A DNA stretch of 62,409 nucleotides, counting the filler, from an uncultured Methanosarcinales archaeon (lineage in GTDB: Archaea; Nanobdellota; Nanobdellia; Woesearchaeales; CAYSVS01): NCBI GenBank assembly GCA_964434475.1. It is 3 parts of 3 records of this genome, joined end to end, with 100 filler letters (N's around TTAATTAATTAA, not from the genome) between each part and the next. Parts side by side here need not be neighbours in the genome. Positions count along the whole stretch, not along the records: positions 42,853 to 62,409 come from CAYSVS010000021.1; 2 more parts are not named here. One strand, written 5' to 3'. Of the stretch, positions 48,409 to 58,779 are shown piece after piece. The position numbers and the translations under genes were made by a program. Under the pieces are notes generated by a model. That model saw nothing but the letters and a program-made list of their open reading frames with translations. It made no database searches and was not told the origin of the DNA. The first letter of the stretch is position 1, and each line of letters opens with the position of its first letter.

Positions 48409-50483
48409 AGCAAAAAAAATTAAGAAAATATATTTTTATTACAAGCTTGGTTATTACTTTAGTTATTTTTGCTTTAGGATTGCTGCTAAGTTATGGTCTG
48501 GATTTTGCCAGAATAAATCATATAACCAGAATAATGCAGGATCATGAGATAAGCTCCCGTGCATATAAGATGGAGATGGATTTTATAGATACTTTTGGCG
48601 GAGATAAATGTGATCTTATGATAGATAAGATAGATGAACTTAAATCAGAGATTGCTCAGGTGGGACAGGATCTGTCCAATTACGGAGGAAAAAGTTTTTT
48701 CAAGAAAAATGATTTTGATTATCTTAAAAGGAAATATTTTTTACTTGAGATGAAATTTTATGTGCTTGTTAAGGATTTTAATATTGAATGCGGAAAATCT
48801 TATGTGTCTGTTATTTTTTTCTATGAGATTGATAATGATGATTCTGAAAGGCAGGGCTATGTTCTTGATGATATAGGCCAGAGTATGAGAGATAAGGCTG
48901 TGATATTGTCTTTTGATAAGGATTATGATGATGAGCCTGCATTGGATATACTCAAGAACAAATATGGTGTGGAGGAAGCTCCTACTATTATAATAGAGGA
49001 TATAATAATAGATAGGTTCGCTTATACTGGAGAGATAAACAATACTATCCTTGATGTACTTTATGACAGGGGCGTGGATAAATATGCTCCGGATTTATCT
49101 TATGTTTTTGATGCGAATGGTGTAGATATTTACAATTATGTAGCTGAGTTGGATGTATTGATGAAAAATGTCTCTGATTCTTTCGCAAAAGCAGATATGC
49201 TGCTTGTCAAGGGCAGATTGCTTAACGACAGCGATATTATATGTTCTTCTTTGAAGTATTATGATAATGTTTCAGATGAAAATATATTCAGAAAAGCTTT
49301 AGCTTATGAATCTATAGCTTCTATAGGGTGTGGAAGGAACAAAAAAGCTTTCTATCTTGAAGCAAGTGATTTGTGGAAGAGCATAGGCAACAGCTTTAGG
49401 GCAGAGGTAGATAGGAAATTAGCTTACCAGATGGATATGGATTTTCATCTTGCGGAATATGGTCTGTTTGATGAACTTTATTATGAACCTGAAAAAGATG
49501 AGTTTGTTTTAGGTGATGATTATTTTGTCATTGAAGATGAAACTTTAGTCAGTCAGGTTGATAGAGTGACTCGAGATTGGTTAGGATTGCAGTTTGCTGA
49601 TCCTTATAGTGAGGATATATTGACTGTATTTTCGGAAAGATTAACCTATAATGAGTCTGAATTGCAGTCAGAAATAGGATGGCATGAAGGTGCCAGAATA
49701 AAGGATTTGGGATTGACGCCTCATACTGCAGCCGGAATTTTAGTGAAAAAATTTGATGGTGTGTGGTATGCTTCTAATCTTAAAGGTAAGTTTATGTTTG
49801 AAGTGCCTCTTGATAAGGTTAAATACCCTACTACGCGTTTTCTTAAGGAAGACCTTGCAGTGATAGTAGATAGTCATGGTATTAATATGTTGGTTGAACG
49901 TGCGGAACTGCTTAATGCAAGTTTGGTTATTGGTTGCTGTGATAATATAGATAAGATACGTGCAGCTAAATATCTTAGTGAAGAAGGTATAAAGACAATA
50001 TGTTTTACAGATAAATATCTTCCTTTGGTTATGAATCAGAGATTGAGCATATTGGGAAGTCCGCCTATTAAGAAAGAAGGTGGAAATATAGTGGTTGGAA
50101 ACCAGACGATTGTTATAGATGCTTATGATAAGATATTGGCTATGGATGTTAGTTCATATAAGCATGCGATAAGTTATTATTCGACTCCTGCTCTGTACTT
50201 TAAGGTGTTTAGTGAATTATATCCTAAATTTGACATCGCTTATTTTTCTATTACTGATTTTTATCAGATGGATAAGTTTATTGGATATGCTGAATTGATC
50301 GATGCTGATGTGATAGGTGTAAGGGTATTTAATTCTGATGATTACAAATATGTCAAGAGATGGCTTGAAAAGGACAATAGCAACAGGGCCATATTGTTCC
50401 ATTCTTCATCTTATCCTTATGGGATAAAAATATTGGAAGAATTTCCTGAACAAACAACTTTTGATGATATAAACATAGAATGA
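48405..50483 (+). CDS. Large membrane-anchored protein: paralogous thioredoxin-like N-terminus plus unknown C-terminal domain
   Basis: N-terminus parallels the upstream gene (FDYLKRKY, IFFY...SERQGYVLD, YGVEEAPTII); about 450-aa C-terminal region with GWHEG, DSHG, IGCCD and CFTD. Confidence 0.7.
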   Translation: MKQKKLRKYIFITSLVITLVIFALGLLLSYGLDFARINHITRIMQDHEISSRAYKMEMDFIDTFGGDKCDLMIDKIDELKSEIAQVGQDLSNYGGKSFFKKNDFDYLKRKYFLLEMKFYVLVKDFNIECGKSYVSVIFFYEIDNDDSERQGYVLDDIGQSMRDKAVILSFDKDYDDEPALDILKNKYGVEEAPTIIIEDIIIDRFAYTGEINNTILDVLYDRGVDKYAPDLSYVFDANGVDIYNYVAELDVLMKNVSDSFAKADMLLVKGRLLNDSDIICSSLKYYDNVSDENIFRKALAYESIASIGCGRNKKAFYLEASDLWKSIGNSFRAEVDRKLAYQMDMDFHLAEYGLFDELYYEPEKDEFVLGDDYFVIEDETLVSQVDRVTRDWLGLQFADPYSEDILTVFSERLTYNESELQSEIGWHEGARIKDLGLTPHTAAGILVKKFDGVWYASNLKGKFMFEVPLDKVKYPTTRFLKEDLAVIVDSHGINMLVERAELLNASLVIGCCDNIDKIRAAKYLSEEGIKTICFTDKYLPLVMNQRLSILGSPPIKKEGGNIVVGNQTIVIDAYDKILAMDVSSYKHAISYYSTPALYFKVFSELYPKFDIAYFSITDFYQMDKFIGYAELIDADVIGVRVFNSDDYKYVKRWLEKDNSNRAILFHSSSYPYGIKILEEFPEQTTFDDINIE

Positions 50484-50521
50484 GATTTTTAAAGAAAATA
50501 AAAAAAGAAAGAATAATCTAT

Positions 50522-50716
50522 TTATTCATTATAGAAATAATAGATCATGTACAAACCAGCTAGTCCAACTAAAGAGTAAACTGTTGTTTCCAGCCAAGCA
50601 ACTGTACCAAAAATCATGCTAACCAGGTTATAGCCCATTGTAAATAGACCCCAGTTTAATGCACCTACAATAACTAACACAATCGCTAGCCAATCAATCC
50701 AACTTTTTTCTGCCAT
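50522..50716 (-). CDS. DUF378 small membrane protein
   Basis: LVIVGALNWGL...YNLV..IFG...VYSLVGLAG. Confidence 0.88.
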   Translation of the reverse strand: MAEKSWIDWLAIVLVIVGALNWGLFTMGYNLVSMIFGTVAWLETTVYSLVGLAGLYMIYYFYNE

Positions 50717-50806
50717 TTTAACACCTCTTTTTGAGTATTTTATAGAATTTATTAAGTTTGTATATTTAAATTTTTTGTATATATTTTTAAATTTGTTGGC
50801 AATAAT

Positions 50807-51274
50807 TCACTTTTTGATTATTTTTATCATGTCTCCTATTGTCATACCTGTTTTGGATCTTGAATCTCTTTTGTTTATTTTTCTGGAAACTTCTTCTTGT
50901 GAGATAAGTTTTATCTTTAGGTGTTTTTCTAATTTTCTTGCCATATCTATGGAAGGTTCTTTATGCTGGCTTTCTATCTTTTGTATAAGGCTTTCTCTTT
51001 CATTTAACTTCTTAGCAAGTTCCTCTTGTTTCAAGCCAAGCTTCTCTCTTGCATCTTTTATCTTTTTGCCGTATTTATCGTCGATGACAAATATCGTCTC
51101 TTTTCTTGGAGCTATGCTTATTTCTCTTTTTGTTTCTTTTAGCTTTGGTTCTTGTCTAACTTTTCTTATGAATTGGCCGTACATAGTGCATTGTTTGCAT
51201 ACATTCATCTCTACTCCTTCAATCTTTACTATAAATATATTATCTGTATTTTTACCGCACATATCGCATTGCAT
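50807..51274 (-). CDS. Archaeal multiprotein bridging factor aMBF1
   Basis: CDMCG..IEG..MNVCKQC zinc ribbon plus HTH (IKDAREKLGLKQEELAKKLNE) and TIGD. Confidence 0.9.
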   Translation of the reverse strand: MQCDMCGKNTDNIFIVKIEGVEMNVCKQCTMYGQFIRKVRQEPKLKETKREISIAPRKETIFVIDDKYGKKIKDAREKLGLKQEELAKKLNERESLIQKIESQHKEPSIDMARKLEKHLKIKLISQEEVSRKINKRDSRSKTGMTIGDMIKIIKK

Positions 51275-51275
51275 A

Positions 51276-51683
51276 TTAAAAACCTAAATAATTGTCTATC
51301 TCAATAGCCATATCTCCAAGGTCATCTATTGTCCTTTTTATATCTTTTCTTATCTCTTCTATTAAAGACTGAAGATTATCCACTCTTAAAGTATATCTAT
51401 TGTGTTCATTTATGACTATTCCTGCATCTATCAATTTGTTGAGATGGTGCACTACAGTTCCTCTTGTCAGATGAAGCCTATAGGATATCTCGTCTGAACT
51501 TAGTCTGATCTCGTGTTTTGCAGCTTTCAATAGTTCGATGAATATCCTGAAACAAGACCTGTCTTTATCTCTTAAGCTAAATAGTCCTAAGCTGCTTCCA
51601 AACCATTGTAATTGTTGGTTTATGTTATGTTTGGTTGGTTTGGTTATCCTTACTATTGTTATTTTGTGACTCTGAAAAACCAT
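51276..51683 (-). CDS. Winged-helix transcriptional regulator
   Basis: LSSDEISYRLHLTRGTVVHHLNKLIDAGIV HTH; divergent from hsp20. Confidence 0.8.
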   Translation of the reverse strand: MVFQSHKITIVRITKPTKHNINQQLQWFGSSLGLFSLRDKDRSCFRIFIELLKAAKHEIRLSSDEISYRLHLTRGTVVHHLNKLIDAGIVINEHNRYTLRVDNLQSLIEEIRKDIKRTIDDLGDMAIEIDNYLGF

Positions 51684-51741
51684 TTTTATGTTAGTAAAAC
51701 AGTAACATTTAAATACTTTTGGTTTATTCTAGACTTTGTTT

Positions 51742-51758
51742 GTTGATTTTAAATCAAC
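51742..51758. promoter_or_regulatory. Perfect palindromic operator candidate at the hsp20 promoter
   Basis: GTTGATTT-T-AAATCAAC lying between the TATA (TTTAAATA 51708-51715) and the SD GAGGTGA. Confidence 0.55.
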
Positions 51759-51780
51759 GAAACGCAAGAGGTGAAGAAAA

Positions 51781-52236
51781 ATGAAGGATATTTTTGATGA
51801 GATGCAAATTATACAAAGAAAGATGGATAATATGTTCAATGAGTTTTTCGGATCTCCAGAACTAAAAATGATAGGTAAAAGTAAGAAAAAAGGAAAAAGG
51901 TTAACAAGAATGAAACAACCTTTGTCTGATGTTATAGATACAGGAAAAGAAATAATTGCAAAACTAGAACTTCCTGGAATAGAAAAGAAAGATGTGCGGT
52001 TGAATATTACTAGAAATATGGTTGAGGTTAATGCTGAGAAGAAACATGAAGCAGAAGTAGAGAAAAAAGGTATCTATAGAAGTGAAAGAAGCTATAGCGG
52101 ATTTTACAGGACATTGCCTTTCCCTGCTGAAGTTGATCCTAATAAAGCAAAAGCAAAGATGAAAGATGGGTTGCTGGAGATAATAGCTCCTAAAATCAAA
52201 CAGATGACAAAATCAAAGCAATTGCAGATAGAATAA
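51781..52236 (+). CDS. Small heat shock protein (Hsp20)
   Basis: PLSDVID, ELPGIEK.D, ERSYSGFYR...P..V and A.MKDGLLEI..PK. Confidence 0.95.
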   Translation: MKDIFDEMQIIQRKMDNMFNEFFGSPELKMIGKSKKKGKRLTRMKQPLSDVIDTGKEIIAKLELPGIEKKDVRLNITRNMVEVNAEKKHEAEVEKKGIYRSERSYSGFYRTLPFPAEVDPNKAKAKMKDGLLEIIAPKIKQMTKSKQLQIE

Positions 52237-52275
52237 ATATTTTTTTTGGTTATTTGATTTGAGAGGTTGTTTAAA

Positions 52276-52779
52276 TTGGATGAAAAGAAAACTGATGATG
52301 TGAACAAAAAAAAAGAACAAGTAAAAGACATTAAAAAATCTGATGCAGAAAAAAAGATCAAGGAAGTCACAGAACTATTGCAAAGGAATCAGGCGGAATT
52401 TGATAATTATAGAAAAAGGGTAGAAAAAGAGAAAGCTAATCTTATAAAAAACGCTTCAAAAGATATTATAGTCAAGCTTCTTCCTTTACTGGATAATTTT
52501 GAGCTTGCTTTGAATAATACAGATAATAATGGAGAGTTTGTCAAGGGTATGGAATTGATATATTCGCAGATGTTTCAGATGCTTGAAGAACAAGGATTAA
52601 AGAAGATCGATGCAATAGGCAGGAAATTCGATCCTTATTTCCATGAAGCTCTGCTTGCTGAAAATTATAATGATAAAGAAGATGAAATTGTCCTTGAAGA
52701 ATTGCAGAAAGGTTATGTGCTTAATGATGATGTAATAAGGCATGCAAAAGTTAAGATAAATAAAAGAGGTAAAAAATGA
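52276..52779 (+). CDS. grpE: Nucleotide exchange factor GrpE
   Basis: AEFDNYRKR, LLPLLDNFE, FDPYFHEA and QKGY.L.D.VIR.AKV. Confidence 0.95.
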   Translation: MDEKKTDDVNKKKEQVKDIKKSDAEKKIKEVTELLQRNQAEFDNYRKRVEKEKANLIKNASKDIIVKLLPLLDNFELALNNTDNNGEFVKGMELIYSQMFQMLEEQGLKKIDAIGRKFDPYFHEALLAENYNDKEDEIVLEELQKGYVLNDDVIRHAKVKINKRGKK

Positions 52780-53312
52780 TAAAGAAGAACACTCCTTTAA
52801 AACAAGTTTTAGAACACGGCAAATCCTGCACGCATAGATGCGGACACTGCTGTACTTATGGGAGCGGTTGTTTGGTTGGAGAGGATAAAAAGGATATTGC
52901 AAAGTTTTTAGATATTGATGAAAATGAACTTGAAGAAAAGTATCTTGAAGTGATAGAGAAGTTCAATACAAAACTATTGCGTCCTAAGCTTAAACGTAAG
53001 GAAGGAATGCCTTATGGCAAATGTGTTTTTTTGACAAAAGATTATGGTTGTTCCATCCATCCAGTAAAGCCTTTGCAATGTAAGATAGGAACTTGTTCAG
53101 AGCATGGAGAACAGTTAGCATTATGGTTTACACTTAATTTTTTTGTAAATCCTGCTGATCCTGAAAGTATAAGGCAGTTTGCAGCCTATCTTAAATCAGG
53201 AGGTAAAACATTGTTAGGAGGAGAATTGCTTGAAATTGTGCCTGACAAACAAATATTGAAAAGGATATTAGAATATGAAGATCTGAAGGTGGACGAATAT
53301 GCAAAACATTAA
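52776..53312 (+). CDS. YkgJ-family Cys-cluster (CxxCxxCC) protein
   Basis: CTHRCGHCC, CVFL...GCSIHPVKPLQC. Confidence 0.8.
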   Translation: MIKKNTPLKQVLEHGKSCTHRCGHCCTYGSGCLVGEDKKDIAKFLDIDENELEEKYLEVIEKFNTKLLRPKLKRKEGMPYGKCVFLTKDYGCSIHPVKPLQCKIGTCSEHGEQLALWFTLNFFVNPADPESIRQFAAYLKSGGKTLLGGELLEIVPDKQILKRILEYEDLKVDEYAKH

Positions 53313-53898
53313 TGTATGGATATTGGATCTGCATGGCTCTATCATAGGAACAGAGATGTATCGTGAGATGTATGATGATGTGATTGAAGCTGTGAAAGAC
53401 ATAAAGAAGCTGGATGACGATATATTGAATAAGATTATAGATAAAGTGAAGAAAAAAACAGGCAAGATAGATAGGGTGGATACTTATGATCTTTGCAAGG
53501 AGATGGAATTGGTTGATTTGTATTATGATATGCTGCCAGCATACATACAGAAAGCTGAGCTTAAGGAAGGTGTTGAGGAATTTTTAGCTAAGCTAAAAAC
53601 AGCAGGAAAAAAAGTTATAGTGTTTAGCAGCAATCATAGAAGAACAACTGATATTATACTTGGAATGAAAGACATAGCAAAATATGTTGACATAATGTGG
53701 GGTTTTGAGGATGGTGGAAAAAAATCAGATGATTTTTATTGGCAGGAGCTTAAGATGGCTAACCTGCTTAAGCCTGAAGAATGCATAGTCATAGGAGATG
53801 ATCTTGATGATGAGATACTTATGGCAAAGAAGTTAGGGTTTAAAACTTTGCATATAGGTGTTGATGTAATGTCTTTGAATGATATTGGGGTAAAATGA
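53299..53898 (+). CDS. HAD-superfamily hydrolase
   Basis: LDLHGS (variant motif I), FSSN, KK and IGDDLDDE. Confidence 0.75.
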   Translation: MQNINVWILDLHGSIIGTEMYREMYDDVIEAVKDIKKLDDDILNKIIDKVKKKTGKIDRVDTYDLCKEMELVDLYYDMLPAYIQKAELKEGVEEFLAKLKTAGKKVIVFSSNHRRTTDIILGMKDIAKYVDIMWGFEDGGKKSDDFYWQELKMANLLKPEECIVIGDDLDDEILMAKKLGFKTLHIGVDVMSLNDIGVK

Positions 53899-54437
53899 TG
53901 AAAGAGATAGAAGTTAAGATATTGGATATTGATGTTGATAATATTAAGGATCAACTTGTTGATATAGGTGCTAAAAAAGTATTCAACGGCAGGATGATTT
54001 CAAAGACTTTTGATTTTAGTGATGACAGGATAGAGAAACAAGGTTTTTTTTTAAGGCTTAGGAAAACAGGAGACAGAAGTTTTGTTACGTTTAAAGGAAA
54101 GGTAGAAGATTCAGAGTTGAAGATAAGGGAAGAGGACGAGGTTTTTGTGGATGATTTTGATAAGATGATGAAGATATTCAAATACATGGGGCTTGAGGAA
54201 AAAGGTCACTATGAAAAGCATAGGGAAAGCTATAAGTTCAAGGATATGAGATTTGAGCTTGACACATATCCTGAATTTGCAACCTTTTTGGAGATTGAAG
54301 CTCCTGATGTAGAAAGGGTAAAAGAGGGTTTAAAGCTGTTAGGTTTTAAGCTAGAACAATCAACAAAAAAGAGTGCTCTTGAGATATTGAGAGACCATGG
54401 TGTTTTTTCAGATAAGATTAAATTTAAGGAGGAATGA
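53895..54437 (+). CDS. CYTH-domain protein (class IV adenylate cyclase/triphosphatase family)
   Basis: EIEVK, LRLRK, TFKG, REE, EKHRE and FLEIE. Confidence 0.88.
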   Translation: MMKEIEVKILDIDVDNIKDQLVDIGAKKVFNGRMISKTFDFSDDRIEKQGFFLRLRKTGDRSFVTFKGKVEDSELKIREEDEVFVDDFDKMMKIFKYMGLEEKGHYEKHRESYKFKDMRFELDTYPEFATFLEIEAPDVERVKEGLKLLGFKLEQSTKKSALEILRDHGVFSDKIKFKEE

Positions 54438-54441
54438 TAAT

Positions 54442-56316
54442 ATGACAAAAGCTATAGGTATTGATTTAGGTACAACATTTTCAGCTGTTGCTGTAATGGA
54501 AGGAGGCAAACCAACGATAATCCCTAATTCGGAAGGTTCCAGAACAACACCTAGTGTTGTCTTAGTAAAAGAAGGAGAAAGGGTTGTTGGTCAAGTGGCA
54601 AGAAACCAAGCGATAACCAATCCAGAACATGTTGTAAGAAGCATTAAAAGACATATGGGAGAAGATTTTAAGGTAAGTATAGAGGGCAAGGACTATGCTC
54701 CTCAGGAAGTTTCAGCTATGATATTGCAGAAATTGAAAGCAGATGCTGAAGCATATATTGGAAGCAAAGTAACAGATGCTGTAATTACAGTTCCTGCTTA
54801 TTTCAATGATAGTCAAAGACAGGCAACAAAAGATGCTGGAAAGATCGCTGGTTTGAATGTACTTCGTATTATTAATGAGCCAACAGCAGCTTCGCTTGCT
54901 TATGGGCTTGACAAAGGTAAGGACCATACAATTCTTGTGTTTGATTTTGGAGGAGGAACATTTGATGTTTCTATACTTGAATTAGGTGATGGTGTTTTTG
55001 AGGTTAAAGCTACAAAAGGAGATAATCATCTCGGCGGGGATGATATTGATGAATTGATTATTGATTGGCTTGCTAATGAGTTCAAGAAAGAGCAAGGTAT
55101 AGATCTAAGGCAGGATAATATGGCTTTGCAAAGGTTGAAAGAAGCCGCAGAAAAAGCTAAGATCGAGTTAAGCACTAAGATAAGCACAACAATCAATATT
55201 CCTTTTGTGACTGCTGACGCGTCTGGACCTAAGCACTTGAATAAAAACTTGTCAAGAGCTGAGTTTGAGAAGCTGATTGATGTCATATTAGACAAGCTTA
55301 AGCAGCCTACTATCCAGGCACTGAAAGATGCTAAGATGGACGCTTCGCAGATAGATAAAGTTATTTTTGTAGGCGGTTCAACCAGGATTCCTTCAGTACA
55401 GAAGCTTGTAAAGGATATAACTCATAAAGATGGAGACAAAAGCGTCAATCCTGACGAGGCTGTTGCATTGGGTGCAGCTATCCAAGGAGGAATACTTGGA
55501 GGAGAGGTCAAGGACGTATTGCTTTTGGATGTTACGCCTTTAAGTTTAGGTATTGAAACTTTAGGCGGAGTGTTTACTAAGCTTATAGAGAAGAACACAA
55601 CAATCCCTACAAAAAAGAGTCAAGTTTTTTCGACTGCAGCTGATAACCAGCCTGCTGTAACTATAAGAGTTGCTCAGGGTGAAAGGTCAATGTTTCTAGA
55701 TAATAAGCTTCTTGGACAGTTTGATCTTGTTGGTATTCCTCCAGCACCAAGAGGAGTGCCTCAGATAGAGGTTACATTTGACATAGATGCAAACGGCATA
55801 GTAAATGTTGCTGCAAAAGATCTGGGAACTTCAAAAGAGCAGAAGATCACCATTACAAGCAGCAGCAACCTTAGCGAAGAAGATATAGAAAAGATGAAGA
55901 AGGATGCTGAAGCGCATGCAGAAGAAGACAAGAAAAAGAAAGAAGAAGCTGATGTTATCAATCAAGCAGATACCTTGATCTTTTCCACTGAAAAATTGTT
56001 CAAGGAGATGGAAGGCAAGGTAGACAAGAAAAAGATAGATGAAGTCAAGCCTTTAGTTGATGAACTTAAGAAGTTGATGGAGCCTGAGAAAAAAGATACT
56101 GAAGCGATAAAGAAGAAGACTGAAGAGATAAACCAAAAAGTACAGGCAATTTCTACAGAGATGTATCAGCAGGCAGCTAAAGCGCAGCAGGAACAAGCGC
56201 AAAAACAGGGAAAAGAAGAAAAGAAAGATGAAAAAGTTGTTGATGCTGAGGTTGTTGACGAAGAGAAAAAAGAAGCTAAAGAACAGAAAAAAGAAGCTGG
56301 AGAAAAGAAAAAATGA
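54442..56316 (+). CDS. dnaK: Molecular chaperone DnaK
   Basis: [23 protein letters not shown] and NPDEAVA; SD AGGAGG. Confidence 0.98.
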   Translation: MTKAIGIDLGTTFSAVAVMEGGKPTIIPNSEGSRTTPSVVLVKEGERVVGQVARNQAITNPEHVVRSIKRHMGEDFKVSIEGKDYAPQEVSAMILQKLKADAEAYIGSKVTDAVITVPAYFNDSQRQATKDAGKIAGLNVLRIINEPTAASLAYGLDKGKDHTILVFDFGGGTFDVSILELGDGVFEVKATKGDNHLGGDDIDELIIDWLANEFKKEQGIDLRQDNMALQRLKEAAEKAKIELSTKISTTINIPFVTADASGPKHLNKNLSRAEFEKLIDVILDKLKQPTIQALKDAKMDASQIDKVIFVGGSTRIPSVQKLVKDITHKDGDKSVNPDEAVALGAAIQGGILGGEVKDVLLLDVTPLSLGIETLGGVFTKLIEKNTTIPTKKSQVFSTAADNQPAVTIRVAQGERSMFLDNKLLGQFDLVGIPPAPRGVPQIEVTFDIDANGIVNVAAKDLGTSKEQKITITSSSNLSEEDIEKMKKDAEAHAEEDKKKKEEADVINQADTLIFSTEKLFKEMEGKVDKKKIDEVKPLVDELKKLMEPEKKDTEAIKKKTEEINQKVQAISTEMYQQAAKAQQEQAQKQGKEEKKDEKVVDAEVVDEEKKEAKEQKKEAGEKKK

Positions 56317-56371
56317 TTTTTTATTTTTTATTTTCATTAATTTTATAAATGTTTGATGATAACTGATGAAA

Positions 56372-56515
56372 ATGGAACTTAAGTATGTTTTGCTTGGAAT
56401 ATTTGTATTTTATTTTGTGTATAGGCAGCTTTTTAGAAGAACTAATGAGAATAAGAATGAGATTGAAAAAATTCTAAATAATGAAGAGTATAAGGTAAAG
56501 AGCAGGTATGAATAG
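56372..56515 (+). CDS. 47-aa single-TM microprotein (not in ORF track)
   Basis: [55 protein letters not shown] about 30 nt upstream; stop 2 nt before dnaJ. Confidence 0.6.
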   Translation: MELKYVLLGIFVFYFVYRQLFRRTNENKNEIEKILNNEEYKVKSRYE

Positions 56516-56517
56516 AG

Positions 56518-57600
56518 ATGACAAAAGATTATTATGAAACATTAGGAGTAAGCAAGAACGCGACAAGGGAAGATATTAAGAAAGCTTACAAAAAATTAGC
56601 GAAAAAATACCATCCTGACATTAACAAGGATGCTGATGCATCAGAAAAATTTAAGGAAATAAATGAAGCTGCTTCTGTTTTAGGAGATCCGCAGAAAAGA
56701 GAGAGCTATGATAAATTTGGAACTGCAGATACTTCAAACTCTCGAGGTTTTGAAGGTTTTGATTTTGGCGGATTTGATTTCAACTTTGGCGGATTTGATG
56801 ATATATTTGATGGTTTGTTCGGCGGCAGAAATAGGAGGAGAAGATCCAATAGAGGATATGATTTGAGGTTTGATATAGAGATTACATTGGAAGAGGCTGC
56901 AGAAGGTGTAAAGAAGAATATTGTGATTCCTAGATTAGAAGTTTGCGATAACTGTCAAGGGACAGGAGCAAAAAGCAAATCTGATATTAAGACTTGTACA
57001 GAATGTAAAGGTTCTGGTTATGTAAAACAGGCAAGAAGAACTCCTTTCGGAGTTTTTGCAACAACATCTCCTTGTCCTAAATGTCATGGTACTGGAAAAA
57101 TAATAAAAGAACTTTGTCCGCATTGTGATGGTGAAGGAAGGGTTGAAAAGAATCGTAAGCTTGAGATAGACATTCCTGCAGGTGTAGATTCTGGCAATAA
57201 ATTAAGAGTAGCAGGTGAAGGAGAGGCTGGAGAACAAGGAGGGCCTAGCGGGGACTTGTACGTTGTTATCCATGTCTTGGACCATGATGTTTTTGAAAGG
57301 CAAGGAAGTGATCTTTTTATCGAATTGCCTATAAGCTTTGCTCAAGCAGCTCTTGGAAGTGAGATTGAGGTGCCTACTTTGAACGGAAAAGCCAAGTTAA
57401 AGATTCCATCTGGAACACAAACACATACCACATTTAGGATGAAAGGCAAGGGTATTCCTGATTTGCATGGTTATGGTAAAGGAGATGAGATGGTTAAGAT
57501 TATAGTAAATGTGCCTAATAAATTGAATAAGAAGCAGAAAGAATTGCTTAAGCAGTTTGACAAGGAATTAGGCAAGAAGAAAGGATTGTTTGGTTTCTAG
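56518..57600 (+). CDS. dnaJ: Molecular chaperone DnaJ
   Basis: HPD, G/F region and four CxxCxGxG repeats. Confidence 0.98.
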   Translation: MTKDYYETLGVSKNATREDIKKAYKKLAKKYHPDINKDADASEKFKEINEAASVLGDPQKRESYDKFGTADTSNSRGFEGFDFGGFDFNFGGFDDIFDGLFGGRNRRRRSNRGYDLRFDIEITLEEAAEGVKKNIVIPRLEVCDNCQGTGAKSKSDIKTCTECKGSGYVKQARRTPFGVFATTSPCPKCHGTGKIIKELCPHCDGEGRVEKNRKLEIDIPAGVDSGNKLRVAGEGEAGEQGGPSGDLYVVIHVLDHDVFERQGSDLFIELPISFAQAALGSEIEVPTLNGKAKLKIPSGTQTHTTFRMKGKGIPDLHGYGKGDEMVKIIVNVPNKLNKKQKELLKQFDKELGKKKGLFGF

Positions 57601-58082
57601 TTGAGTTTTTTTATTCTTTTGTATGCATTTATTTTTTTAAGATATTTTTTTATTTTTTTAGGAATGTATATTTTATTCTTATTTATATTTTCCCTTATCT
57701 CTGTTGCGCATATATCTATTTCTTTTTTTATCTTTTTTATCTGTAGTTTTGTGTGTTTTTTCAATAGTTTTATCGTGTGTAAGTTGCCTGTATAGACTAT
57801 ATTTGGGTTGTATGATTTTGTTCTTTTGATAAAATTATTTGTCCAAGCTTTATCATCTTTTGAATCTGGTATGTATAATATCTTGTGGTTAGTATTTTTT
57901 AGGATGATGTTTAGCATATGTTTTCTTTCAGAAGCGTTTAATGGATTATCTTTTGTGTATCTTATGTTGCTTGAGCCTATGCAGACTATAATTCTATCGT
58001 ATTTTTTTAATATTCTTTTGATTATGTCAAGGTGTCCTATGTGCAATGGTTGAAACCTTCCTATGTATATGGCTGTTTTCAT
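57597..58082 (-). CDS. Nicotinamide-nucleotide adenylyltransferase (NadM-like)
   Basis: [14 protein letters not shown]...NPL.ASER and ICATEIRE. Confidence 0.85.
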   Translation of the reverse strand: MKTAIYIGRFQPLHIGHLDIIKRILKKYDRIIVCIGSSNIRYTKDNPLNASERKHMLNIILKNTNHKILYIPDSKDDKAWTNNFIKRTKSYNPNIVYTGNLHTIKLLKKHTKLQIKKIKKEIDICATEIRENINKNKIYIPKKIKKYLKKINAYKRIKKLN

Positions 58083-58083
58083 C

Positions 58084-58431
58084 TTATCTATTTTTATAAC
58101 CAAATAATTTATTATAATTTTTATGATCTACTAAATTTAATATGAATACAAATATCTCTATCCTATTCCCTTCTATTGTATAAAGCATTCTCCAGAAGTT
58201 TGAAAGTTCAACCCTGTATAGGTTTTGTATTCCTAGTGTTTTTAATTTATTTGGAATCAAGTCTTTAGCTATTGGATCTCCATATTGAGGATTCTCTTTT
58301 AGTATGTCTTTGATCCTATTGAATGAATTAAGGATTATCTTTGATTCTTTGTCTGTTCTTTTTTTAAGCTCTAGATATGCTTTTTTTCCTTGGCCTTTAA
58401 GCATTATCCTTACTTCTTTTCCAAAGAACAT
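58084..58431 (-). CDS. RelE/ParE-like toxin
   Basis: LKENPQYGDPI...NLYRVEL..FWRMLYTI...DHKNYNKLFGY. Confidence 0.65.
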   Translation of the reverse strand: MFFGKEVRIMLKGQGKKAYLELKKRTDKESKIILNSFNRIKDILKENPQYGDPIAKDLIPNKLKTLGIQNLYRVELSNFWRMLYTIEGNRIEIFVFILNLVDHKNYNKLFGYKNR

Positions 58432-58432
58432 A

Positions 58433-58732
58433 TTAAACCTCTAATGAATCCTCTAACATTTTTTTAATATGTTTTGGCTTAGAATATATCCATTGTATCC
58501 CTTTTGGTCCATAGATTATCTTTCCACTTTGCCAAAGATATTCTAATATTATCTTAAGTGTTTGATGCATTATTTTTTTAGGAAGTTTGTTTTTTATTTC
58601 TGTTATCTTTAAAGGATTGTCTCTGTGTTTCTTGAGAAAATCTTCTACCATAAGTACTGTGTTTAGATTAGGATATCTTAATGTCTTGTTTTTTTGCTTT
58701 TTGATTAGCTCAGTTTTGGTTATTTTTATCAT
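58433..58732 (-). CDS. Small winged-HTH protein, putative antitoxin
   Basis: PNLNTVLMVE...LPKKIMHQTL..ILEYL..SGKI; ends 1 nt upstream of the toxin. Confidence 0.6.
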   Translation of the reverse strand: MIKITKTELIKKQKNKTLRYPNLNTVLMVEDFLKKHRDNPLKITEIKNKLPKKIMHQTLKIILEYLWQSGKIIYGPKGIQWIYSKPKHIKKMLEDSLEV

Positions 58733-58779
58733 TTTTAGGTATCAATTGATATATAAAAAGTATATATTTATAAAACTTT

